A DNA stretch of 35,836 nucleotides from a virus (IMGVR_UViG_3300021400_001778:72923-108758), one strand, 5' to 3'; shown: positions 28,373-35,112, numbered from the stretch's first letter. Notes: a model not told the origin generated them from the letters alone. A program made the numbers and translations.

Positions 28373-28663
28373 TTATTTTTCAAAGTACATCTTTTCAAAT
28401 CTATCAACGGCGGCTTTTTCTTCCGCAGTTCCGCTTTCCTTGAGTTGTATTAAAACTCCAAGAGATATCGTATGTTTCTCATCAAACTTCACAACTTCCG
28501 CGCCGCATTCCTCCACATAATCTGTGATGCGGAGTTTTGCGTCCTTAGTTGCTTCCACGCGAGTTGCGAAATCTTCTGTTGTGAAAATTTCCATTTCTGC
28601 AATAAACTTCATGCAGTAAGCATCTGTCCCGTCATAAGCTATAACATTAATCATTCCAAACAT
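28373..28663 (-). CDS. Hypothetical protein
   Basis: 96 aa, AGGAGG RBS. Confidence 0.8.
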   Translation of the reverse strand: MFGMINVIAYDGTDAYCMKFIAEMEIFTTEDFATRVEATKDAKLRITDYVEECGAEVVKFDEKHTISLGVLIQLKESGTAEEKAAVDRFEKMYFEK

Positions 28664-28678
28664 TTTGTTTTCTCCTCC

Positions 28679-28840
28679 TTATTTTTCCCAAACAGTTGCT
28701 ACCGTAAATCCGCCAACCATGAAAGCCATTCCATTGATAACTTCACCCTCGGCGGTACATCCGTAAAGCCGCCGCCAGATGACAACGGCTTTATATTTTT
28801 CCTCAAGTTCCAAATAGGTTTTTCTTTCCAGTGATGACAT
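28679..28840 (-). CDS. 53-aa protein missed by the ORF track (MSSLERKTYLELEEKY...)
   Basis: GGAGGTG RBS; translated by hand. Confidence 0.7.
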   Translation of the reverse strand: MSSLERKTYLELEEKYKAVVIWRRLYGCTAEGEVINGMAFMVGGFTVATVWEK

Positions 28841-29329
28841 TTAATCACCTCCTTTTTTCCATCCAGACGGGATACTGAATGGAATAAAATCTCCGTCTAT
28901 ATCCAAATATAAACCACAAACTATGTAATCAATACTACTATTTAAGACTGATAATGCCCGAATGTTTTCCAATTTGTATTTCGGTACATCTTTTCCATGA
29001 ATCAAATCAACAGCTATATTGTGTAGTTTCGTGTTTAACTCGGAGTCTACAAATCTGCTAAATGACCTCATAATTGAGAAATCCATTTCATGTATTCCAT
29101 ATTCATCCCTTGCAAATTCTTCCATATTGTTATCAATTAACATCAGCCAGTGCGAAATTCCTTTGCGCACATCCTTCTGTACTACGTAGTTTGTTACTGT
29201 TTCTCCGTCTTCTTCATACTGCATATCAACAGGATACGTTGTAGCGGAAAGTTTTAATATCTCCCCAATAATTTCCGCAATTGCGTTCCATCTTCCAGAA
29301 TCAACTATAACCTCTCTGATTGTCATCAT
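28841..29329 (-). CDS. Hypothetical protein
   Basis: 162 aa, GGAGGT RBS. Confidence 0.85.
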   Translation of the reverse strand: MMTIREVIVDSGRWNAIAEIIGEILKLSATTYPVDMQYEEDGETVTNYVVQKDVRKGISHWLMLIDNNMEEFARDEYGIHEMDFSIMRSFSRFVDSELNTKLHNIAVDLIHGKDVPKYKLENIRALSVLNSSIDYIVCGLYLDIDGDFIPFSIPSGWKKGGD

Positions 29330-29330
29330 T

Positions 29331-29501
29331 TTATACCTCCTTTACTATTACATGTACGTTACGCGCACACATGATTTCCGCGACACATTCCGCGTACTTC
29401 TTTATAAGTTCGGACTCATCGCCGTCGGGCATAAGCGTTCGGCGCAAAACCTGTGCCTTTTTTCCGCTCGGCGGAATACCAAATGCTACCATAACCTTCA
29501 T
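29331..29501 (-). CDS. Small hypothetical protein
   Basis: Start MKVMV, ATGA-coupled, GGAGGG RBS. Confidence 0.7.
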   Translation of the reverse strand: MKVMVAFGIPPSGKKAQVLRRTLMPDGDESELIKKYAECVAEIMCARNVHVIVKEV

Positions 29502-29776
29502 TTCGTTTCCCTCCATTCCTTTTCCTGTTCTTCCATATCTGCAAACTTGCGGCGGTCACTTGCGCTGTAGTTTTTTCCGTAGTACGGGTCATTGCTTTTA
29601 CATCTGCAATATGGACAACTGCAATGAATTTTTCCCTTGCGGTATCTTCCAAAATCGGAATACCATTCAAGTTTTCCACCTGAGACCATATCTGTGTAAA
29701 AGTGGCAAATACGCTGTTTACGTTCCGCCTTATTATCATCCTGCCAACGCCTGTTGCATCTGTTTTTGTGAATCAT
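29498..29776 (-). CDS. Basic hypothetical protein with HCSCPYC motif
   Basis: 92 aa, AAGGAGGT RBS. Confidence 0.8.
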   Translation of the reverse strand: MIHKNRCNRRWQDDNKAERKQRICHFYTDMVSGGKLEWYSDFGRYRKGKIHCSCPYCRCKSNDPYYGKNYSASDRRKFADMEEQEKEWRETK

Positions 29777-29860
29777 ATTTTACCTCCTTAATTTTGTGCT
29801 GTTTTAACCAACAATCCCGTCCGCGATTTTCCAATCGTGGACAGGTTGAAGATTAAAGCA

Positions 29861-30091
29861 TCATCTCTTATACTTCGGGTAATATGAGTGAAACATCGAC
29901 CAGACGTTGCATTCATCGTCCCCGAAATTTCCATCAGGATAGACGTTATTCTCAGCCATGTCGCGGAGCGCGGCAATCATAGCCGTTGTATATACTCCAA
30001 CATTCTGATTGATATAATCCAGTTTTCCGCTATCGTATGCTTCATCCCTTGCATCGATATACTTTTCCTTGAAATACTTTTCCTTTGTCAT
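29861..30091 (-). CDS. Hypothetical protein
   Basis: 76 aa, GGAGGT RBS. Confidence 0.8.
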   Translation of the reverse strand: MTKEKYFKEKYIDARDEAYDSGKLDYINQNVGVYTTAMIAALRDMAENNVYPDGNFGDDECNVWSMFHSYYPKYKR

Positions 30092-30261
30092 ATAATACCT
30101 CCCAATCTTTCCGCCACAAAAATTCCAAACAGTGCGGCAGTTGCTTTAACAATGTTTGCATAAATTTCCGCGTTTGTTAGCGCGGTTTCAATTCCGACCA
30201 TCGCGTTCCACACGATAGCCAGAAAGAAGGTTATTAATAGTCCAAAAACTATTCCCTTCAC
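30088..30261 (-). CDS. 57-aa two-TM membrane protein missed by the ORF track (MKGIVFGLLITFFLAIVWN...)
   Basis: GTG start after AAAGGGGG; TGA overlaps next ATG. Confidence 0.7.
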   Translation of the reverse strand: MKGIVFGLLITFFLAIVWNAMVGIETALTNAEIYANIVKATAALFGIFVAERLGGII

Positions 30262-30282
30262 TACTTATATCCCCCTTTCTGT

Positions 30283-30507
30283 TTAAATTCCAATCCACAC
30301 AATCGCGCGTTCCAGTGCTTCCAAAGCACTCCCCATGAGAAATACTTTATTATGATTTGTCGGGTTAATGATGTACGGGCGGCGGCTATGCGCGGCGTGA
30401 ATCGGTTCAAATTTTCCGTTGAACCGAATTACGTACATCCCCGCGAGGTCGATTCGATAGTCAAATCCGACCTCAGCATTTTCAAATATCACTTTTCTGT
30501 AATCCAT
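30283..30507 (-). CDS. Hypothetical protein
   Basis: Start MDYRK after AGGAGG. Confidence 0.75.
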   Translation of the reverse strand: MDYRKVIFENAEVGFDYRIDLAGMYVIRFNGKFEPIHAAHSRRPYIINPTNHNKVFLMGSALEALERAIVWIGI

Positions 30508-30584
30508 GCTACTTATTTCCTCCTTTATGGTTAATTGTTCCAAAGAATAGCACACTTTTCCGCGTGTGCTAAACTTTCGAACGA

Positions 30585-30959
30585 TTAATCATATTCTCTT
30601 TCGTAAAGTGTGATGTAATCCCGTTTTCCGCTTTTCCCATAATATATATCCATCCATTCTGTATAGCTATATATGCTATTTACAGAGCAGATGTCACGCA
30701 CTATGTAACCGTTTGCGTCAAGTTTTTTCTCCAAACGGTTTTCCCACGCCTCCATACAGTCTCTTGTTGCGTGCATCATAAATTGTCCGTTGACAAATAT
30801 GCCAGTCCAAAGGACAATCTGTAACGCCGTGTGCAGTTTAGCGTTTTTCCTCTTCGGGAAACGTTCTTCGAGAAGATTGTACAGTTCGCGGTCTTCAATA
30901 GATACACCTTCTTCCGCGATGATATTTTTTGCCTCGCGGATTGCTTTATACTTACTCAT
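30585..30959 (-). CDS. Hypothetical protein
   Basis: 124 aa, GGAGG RBS. Confidence 0.8.
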   Translation of the reverse strand: MSKYKAIREAKNIIAEEGVSIEDRELYNLLEERFPKRKNAKLHTALQIVLWTGIFVNGQFMMHATRDCMEAWENRLEKKLDANGYIVRDICSVNSIYSYTEWMDIYYGKSGKRDYITLYEREYD

Positions 30960-31366
30960 TTTTTATCCTCCTTATATTTTATATAATTTTTCCACGGTTC
31001 ATAAGTGTCTTCGCGCACCGCGCGTTCGAGAAGATACGCGATGTGTCGAGTCGGTTTGCTATTTCCGTTAAGCCACCTGTAAACCGTATTAACTGGTATC
31101 AAATACTTCTCAGCGAATGCTATTTTTTTCAGTCCGCTGATTTCGTATATTCGTTTCATTCCCACGCCTAAGACATTTGGCGGTTTCGGGAAATTTTCCG
31201 CTGTGTCTTCATCCACAAACCTTTCCAGTAGGTTTGTGACGTATTTTGGCGGTTCATTTTCGTTTGATTCCCATGCGGATAGGGTATTTAAGCGGATTCC
31301 GTATGTTTTTGCGAATTCCGCTTGTGTTTTACCCGTTTTTTGCCTTATTTCTTTGATTTTTTCCAT
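30956..31366 (-). CDS. Tandem XRE-family helix-turn-helix regulator
   Basis: Two repeats: TQAEFAKTYGI...TLSAWE...PP.Y and KKIAFAEKYLIP..TVYRWL...P. Confidence 0.85.
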   Translation of the reverse strand: MEKIKEIRQKTGKTQAEFAKTYGIRLNTLSAWESNENEPPKYVTNLLERFVDEDTAENFPKPPNVLGVGMKRIYEISGLKKIAFAEKYLIPVNTVYRWLNGNSKPTRHIAYLLERAVREDTYEPWKNYIKYKEDKK

Positions 31367-31409
31367 GATATAACCCTCCGCGTAGGATTATAGCACGTTT
31401 TTCCGCCGT

Positions 31410-31751
31410 CTAATAGTAGCCATCATAAAACTCTTGCCACACAGCATCTTCTTTTGCGCGTTCTTCTTCCGAACGGTTTCTATAGGTTTCCCAGTAATAA
31501 TCAATATTTGGTGTTGGTTCACCTTCTTCCACCGCGTTAATTTCGCGAAGAAACTCATTCGCTTTTCCCCACGTTTTAAACACGTACCATTCGGTTTCCT
31601 GCGCAAGACTTCCAACGAAATTGAATGCACTTGGATACCATAACTCAACGGCAACCCTCTTTCCATCGCGAGTTCTTCCTGCTACAAATCCAGTTTCGCC
31701 GCCCGTAATCCAATCTAACACACCGAATTTATGTCTATCTTTTAGTAACAT
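31410..31751 (-). CDS. Hypothetical protein
   Basis: 113 aa, AAGGAGGT RBS. Confidence 0.8.
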   Translation of the reverse strand: MLLKDRHKFGVLDWITGGETGFVAGRTRDGKRVAVELWYPSAFNFVGSLAQETEWYVFKTWGKANEFLREINAVEEGEPTPNIDYYWETYRNRSEEERAKEDAVWQEFYDGYY

Positions 31752-31763
31752 GATACCACCTCC

Positions 31764-32072
31764 TTAATTCTTAGCCCATTCGGGCACATCATGCACATAC
31801 TGTGCATATTTCTCGGACTCTTCGCGCATTTCGCGCTCAACGAGATATAACGACTCGTCTACTTTCGCGAGATAGTCAAGTTTCCGTAACTCCTTGACTT
31901 CTGCGTCTGTAAGATACCGCTTTTCAGCGATTTTTTCCAACTGCTCTCTGCGGCGGATTCTGCGGTTGATTTCTGCGATTTTGTCAGCGAAAAGTACGTT
32001 CACATCGCAAGCGTAACTACTTTTCCACCTACGTTCATTCTTACATTTCCACTTCTTACTCGGATACTTCAT
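31764..32072 (-). CDS. Basic hypothetical protein
   Basis: 102 aa, GGAGGT RBS. Confidence 0.8.
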   Translation of the reverse strand: MKYPSKKWKCKNERRWKSSYACDVNVLFADKIAEINRRIRRREQLEKIAEKRYLTDAEVKELRKLDYLAKVDESLYLVEREMREESEKYAQYVHDVPEWAKN

Positions 32073-32084
32073 ATTAACCTCCTC

Positions 32085-32414
32085 TCAAAATACGTGTAAC
32101 TTACGAGATTTCGCATATACACAGTATACCTTATCAAATTCCTCATCATCAGACGGCTTGTTAAATATAACGCGATACGTTTCGCGTGTTCTAAACACGT
32201 AACTATGCCGCCAACCTAAAACAGCGGGAACAAAACCATCAGATTCAAGGTCGCGTATTACTTTAAGCACATCATTAGCGCTTCCAATCGCGACATAATA
32301 TTCATTCCCACCGCGAACAAAAGTCTCTAACTTGAACCGTTTGGATACCCTAAAGGGGTATCCAGAGATATCCGACCTAAAACCGAAGCAATAACGCATG
32401 TTATATTTTTTCAT
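32085..32414 (-). CDS. Hypothetical protein
   Basis: 109 aa, AGGAGG RBS. Confidence 0.8.
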   Translation of the reverse strand: MKKYNMRYCFGFRSDISGYPFRVSKRFKLETFVRGGNEYYVAIGSANDVLKVIRDLESDGFVPAVLGWRHSYVFRTRETYRVIFNKPSDDEEFDKVYCVYAKSRKLHVF

Positions 32415-32443
32415 ATTCTTCCTCCTTCCACGGCGAAGAGTGC

Positions 32444-33043
32444 TTACGCACTCTTCTTAGCCGCCTTCTTTGCCTCACGCGCCGCCTTGCGCTCAGCCTT
32501 ACGAGCCTCAACTGCCTTTGACTGCTTTGCAGTCATTTCTCCTCCTGCGAGAACTTTGGACGGGTCGAAGCAGAACGTCCACGCCCCACGCCAGTAGCCT
32601 GCGTCGAACTCAGCCCCGAAGTAGCGGCTCAGGTCAGCCCAATCGGACTTAGCCACTCTCTCTGCGAGAGAGACACGCCAGACCTTTACGGACGGGTCAT
32701 CTGTGCGAGTTGCCTGCTCGATGTTGAACTTGCAGTTCAACATGAGTCCCTTACCGTTTTCAGCGTTCGGCTTCGCCGTTGCGGTGGTTGCTTTGCTCTC
32801 AGCCTTCGGCTGTGTCTTGCGTACCCGTGTAATGCCGCCGACCTTTTCGACCTCAGCCTTCGGCTGCGCCGCCTTTGTTGCCTTGCTTTCAGCCTTCGGC
32901 TGTGCCTTCTTGGTTGCCTTTTCAGCCTTCGGCTGTTCGTCACCAACGAGTGCTTTGTACATCACGGCAGCTTCTTCGAAGCTGAATCCTGCGTTTACGA
33001 GTGCCTTAAGTGCCTGTGCCTGTTTTGCGTTGATTGTTGTCAT
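32444..33043 (-). CDS. First early gene: 199-aa Lys/Ala-rich protein with QPKAE repeats and a Trp-rich globular domain
   Basis: True start MTTINAK after AAGGAGG (the track's 299-aa version extends into non-coding RNA); stop lies in a 9-bp hairpin with GTAA loop. Confidence 0.85.
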   Translation of the reverse strand: MTTINAKQAQALKALVNAGFSFEEAAVMYKALVGDEQPKAEKATKKAQPKAESKATKAAQPKAEVEKVGGITRVRKTQPKAESKATTATAKPNAENGKGLMLNCKFNIEQATRTDDPSVKVWRVSLAERVAKSDWADLSRYFGAEFDAGYWRGAWTFCFDPSKVLAGGEMTAKQSKAVEARKAERKAAREAKKAAKKSA

Positions 33044-33089
33044 AATGTCCTCCTTCTTGCGCATACTATGCGCCTTTGATATAATATTT

Positions 33090-33728
33090 TTTGTGACCCC
33101 CTTTGTTGGGAAGCCCGTCTTGACGGATTCGAACCGCCTGTCAAGGCTTTCGCCTTGACGCCCTACCCAATGGGCAGACGGGTAGCTCTGAACGTTGGAA
33201 CGGTGTAGTTTCTTGGAAAAGGGTAACTTTAATAGACCTACCCTTGTTAGTAGTTGCAATGATGGCTTGGGTATACTTCGCCAGTTGTGCTTGCTTTTCG
33301 CCCTTTTGCCGCCCTCCTTTTGCGGCTGGCAAGTATAGCCCAAAATATGACATCATGCACTCCGCCACGCGTACTAATCCGACACTTGACCTTCCACGAA
33401 CTTGACAGAGGTAGCGTATACGCGCAAGTGTAGCCCTGCTGCGCCGACATAATAAGCCCATCATGCCTCGCTTGCTCTTACGTTTCTACGATTGCGTAGG
33501 GATAAAGCGTTCCCGTACTCCCTCGAACGTGCATATATGTATTTTTCAGATTTTACCCGTACAGACAAGCGAACTTGTACAGTCAAGTACGGAACATCCC
33601 AATTTACGTTGGGTATGGGATGGGTACAATTTACGACACCCAAAACAACTTTATACAATCATAACAACCACCTCCTTATGTACGGGAAAGAAACTACAAC
33701 CGTTCAACCGCCCGTTCGATTGAACTTG
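33090..33728 (-). ncRNA. Large (~640 nt) structured non-coding RNA or 5' leader
   Basis: Long-range stems 33198-33214/33688-33705 and 33510-33518/33680-33688, 33269-33284/33326-33341, many local hairpins, promoter upstream. Confidence 0.75.
33114..33182 (-). ncRNA. tRNA-like cloverleaf with GAAA tetraloop in place of an anticodon loop
   Basis: CCCGTCT/AGACGGG closing stem, GCCC-ATTGGGTA-GGGC, GTCAAGGC-GAAA-GCCTTGAC, GGCGG-TTCGAAT-CCGTC. Confidence 0.7.
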
Positions 33729-33733
33729 ACTAC

Positions 33734-33761
33734 ATCTTACCACGGTTTCGGTGATTGTAAA
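33734..33761 (-). promoter_or_regulatory. Promoter TTTACA-16-TAAGAT with extended -10 TG, upstream of the structured RNA
   Basis: Minus strand tttaca atcaccgaaaccgtgg taagat. Confidence 0.6.
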
Positions 33762-33938
33762 GAACAAATACATGTTTTTTAAATTCATATTGTGCGACTA
33801 TTAAATGCTTTTTTGCGTTATTGTGTACACAATTAACATATGCCAGGCATGTCGTGTGATTTTTTGGCGCGTTAGTAGTGCCTAACAGAGCTGGAACTAA
33901 ATTATCAAAAGATTTAAACTTTAATTTTTATTTTTGGT

Positions 33939-33953
33939 TATTGTCTGAATATT
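33939..33953. promoter_or_regulatory. CodY-like box
   Basis: TATTGTCTGAATATT, 3 mismatches to AATTTTCWGAAAATT; a weaker one at 34098-34112 (4 mismatches). Confidence 0.4.
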
Positions 33954-34121
33954 TAATGCTATTTCACGCCACCGTCGCGCAATATCCTAAAATAAACGCC
34001 AAAAACTTAATCATAAAATTTTTTAATTTGCTATTGACAAAACAAAATTGTAGTGCTACTGGTACATACAATTCGCACAATTTAAAACATTTTTGCTATT
34101 TGTCAGACAATATTTTGACAA

Positions 34122-34135
34122 TGTAAACGCTTACA
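34122..34135. promoter_or_regulatory. cre site (CcpA / LacI-family operator)
   Basis: TGTAAACGCTTACA matches TGWAARCGYTWNCA. Confidence 0.75.
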
Positions 34136-34157
34136 TTTTGATGTTTAAACAAGTCAA

Positions 34158-34204
34158 CCACTATATCTTGTGGTTTTAAAATATTTTTTGCCTAAATATT
34201 GTGT
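34158..34204. promoter_or_regulatory. Tandem NrdR boxes, pair 1
   Basis: CCACTATATCTTGTGG (34158) and TGCCTAAATATTGTGT (34189), 31 bp apart. Confidence 0.75.
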
Positions 34205-34364
34205 TTTGGACATAGAAAAGTAACATGTGTTACTTATTTTGAAATTGTATAGAATTGTTTGGTTTACGTCATGCATACCGTATTCAAATTGTATATGTTT
34301 GTACACAATTCAATTTTTGCGCTAAACTACGCGGATTTTCAGCGTTCAAATATGATTTTTTAAA

Positions 34365-34382
34365 AATGCATATTTATGCAAT
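34365..34382. promoter_or_regulatory. ARG box (ArgR/AhrC)
   Basis: AATGCATATTTATGCAAT matches AWTGCATRWWYATGCAWT. Confidence 0.7.
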
Positions 34383-34525
34383 TATTCATGTTAGTTAACG
34401 CAAACCTAACCGCTTCGAGTCGCGATTTTGCCCGTATTTATGCCTACTTTAGCGCATAAGGTATCTTTTGGTTTACGTTTTGGTTATGTGAATATTATGT
34501 TTTCAGATTGTTTGCCTAATTGTCA

Positions 34526-34539
34526 TGTAAGTGCTTACA
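34526..34539. promoter_or_regulatory. Second cre/LacI-like operator
   Basis: TGTAAGTGCTTACA, one change from the palindrome TGTAAGCGCTTACA. Confidence 0.55.
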
Positions 34540-34570
34540 AACAACAAACAATTTAAATACAATTAACACA

Positions 34571-34617
34571 ATTCAATATATGGTGGTTTAATAGCTGCTT
34601 ACTACTATATCTTGTGC
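34571..34617. promoter_or_regulatory. Tandem NrdR boxes, pair 2
   Basis: ATTCAATATATGGTGG (34571) and CTACTATATCTTGTGC (34602), 31 bp apart. Confidence 0.75.
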
Positions 34618-34638
34618 TTATACGCATAAGGTAGCCCC

Positions 34639-34687
34639 CGCGCGTGTGCGTGCGCGTATGCTGTGCGCGTTGCGCGTGTGTGCGCGC
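34639..34687. repeat. Alternating purine-pyrimidine (CG/TG) tract
   Basis: Runs of 23, 9 and 17 alternating bases. Confidence 0.8.
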
Positions 34688-34856
34688 CCCTCGCCCGTAA
34701 GCATAAGAAGGAAAACATATCATTTTTTATTGTGTGAAAGTCGATTTTTGCGCGTATTTATGCATACTTTAGCGCGTAAGTAAAAAATAAGCGTGCAAAT
34801 TGGGAGTGATGGAAAAATGTAAAATATATTTGACATTATGGATATTATACACAACC

Positions 34857-34907
34857 ATAAATGGAAATATACACGGAATAAATGGAATTATAACGGTATA
34901 AATGGAA
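34857..34907. repeat. Three ATAAATGGAA direct repeats at 21/20-bp spacing, next to a DnaA-box match TTATACACA (34845-34853)
   Basis: Copies at 34857, 34878, 34898. Confidence 0.75.
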
Positions 34908-34942
34908 CTCGTGTAAAACGTCATTGTGCCGTAGATGAAAAA

Positions 34943-34958
34943 TGTTTCACGTGAAACA
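34943..34958. promoter_or_regulatory. parS: parS centromere site (ParB/Spo0J)
   Basis: TGTTTCACGTGAAACA, inside a perfect 20-bp palindrome at 34941-34960. Confidence 0.92.
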
Positions 34959-34981
34959 TTGGAAAACTAACACGCCAGACT

Positions 34982-35038
34982 TTAGCACTCACATTAAGAG
35001 AGTGCTAATAATCAGCACTCGCATAGATTGAGTGCTAA
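34982..35038. promoter_or_regulatory. Two tandem CIRCE elements (HrcA operators)
   Basis: TTAGCACTC-N9-GAGTGCTAA exact at 34982-35008; TCAGCACTC-N9-GAGTGCTAA at 35012-35038. Confidence 0.95.
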
Positions 35039-35112
35039 CAATTCTTGTCTAATTTTGTTTAAACAAGTTGTTGACGTTTTGACGGACTGTCAACAGGGGG
35101 ACGTTCGGGATT

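Larger units (their letters stand above)
34426..34780. repeat. 35-bp imperfect direct repeat, 2 copies (34426-34460, 34746-34780)
   Basis: 32/35 identical, TTTTGC.CGTATTTATGC.TACTTTAGCGC.TAAG. Confidence 0.85.

Noticed and set aside
1455-33126. Many plus-strand ORFs in the track (e.g. 17728-18360, 25093-25938, 24602-25099)
   Set aside because: Antisense shadows of RBS-bearing minus-strand genes; no RBS, no recognisable motifs, low-complexity mirror translations.
33114-33182. Functional tRNA or tmRNA gene suggested by GGTTCGAATCC
   Set aside because: No 7-nt anticodon loop, non-canonical linkers, no terminal CCA, and no tmRNA-type GGGG acceptor; kept only as a tRNA-like element.
33044-33782. 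ORFs 33141-33464, 33247-33450, 33461-33658, 33463-33723, 33492-33782 and the N-terminal 100 aa of the 299-aa ORF
   Set aside because: Atypical composition, mutually overlapping, mostly without RBS; better explained by structured RNA. 33461-33658 is not fully excluded.
34035-34145. Plus-strand promoters from TTGACA at 34035 and 34115
   Set aside because: No acceptable -10 at 16-18 bp and no downstream gene.
35068-35093. CtsR operator
   Set aside because: GTCAA units are 8 bp apart rather than the 10-bp heptad spacing.
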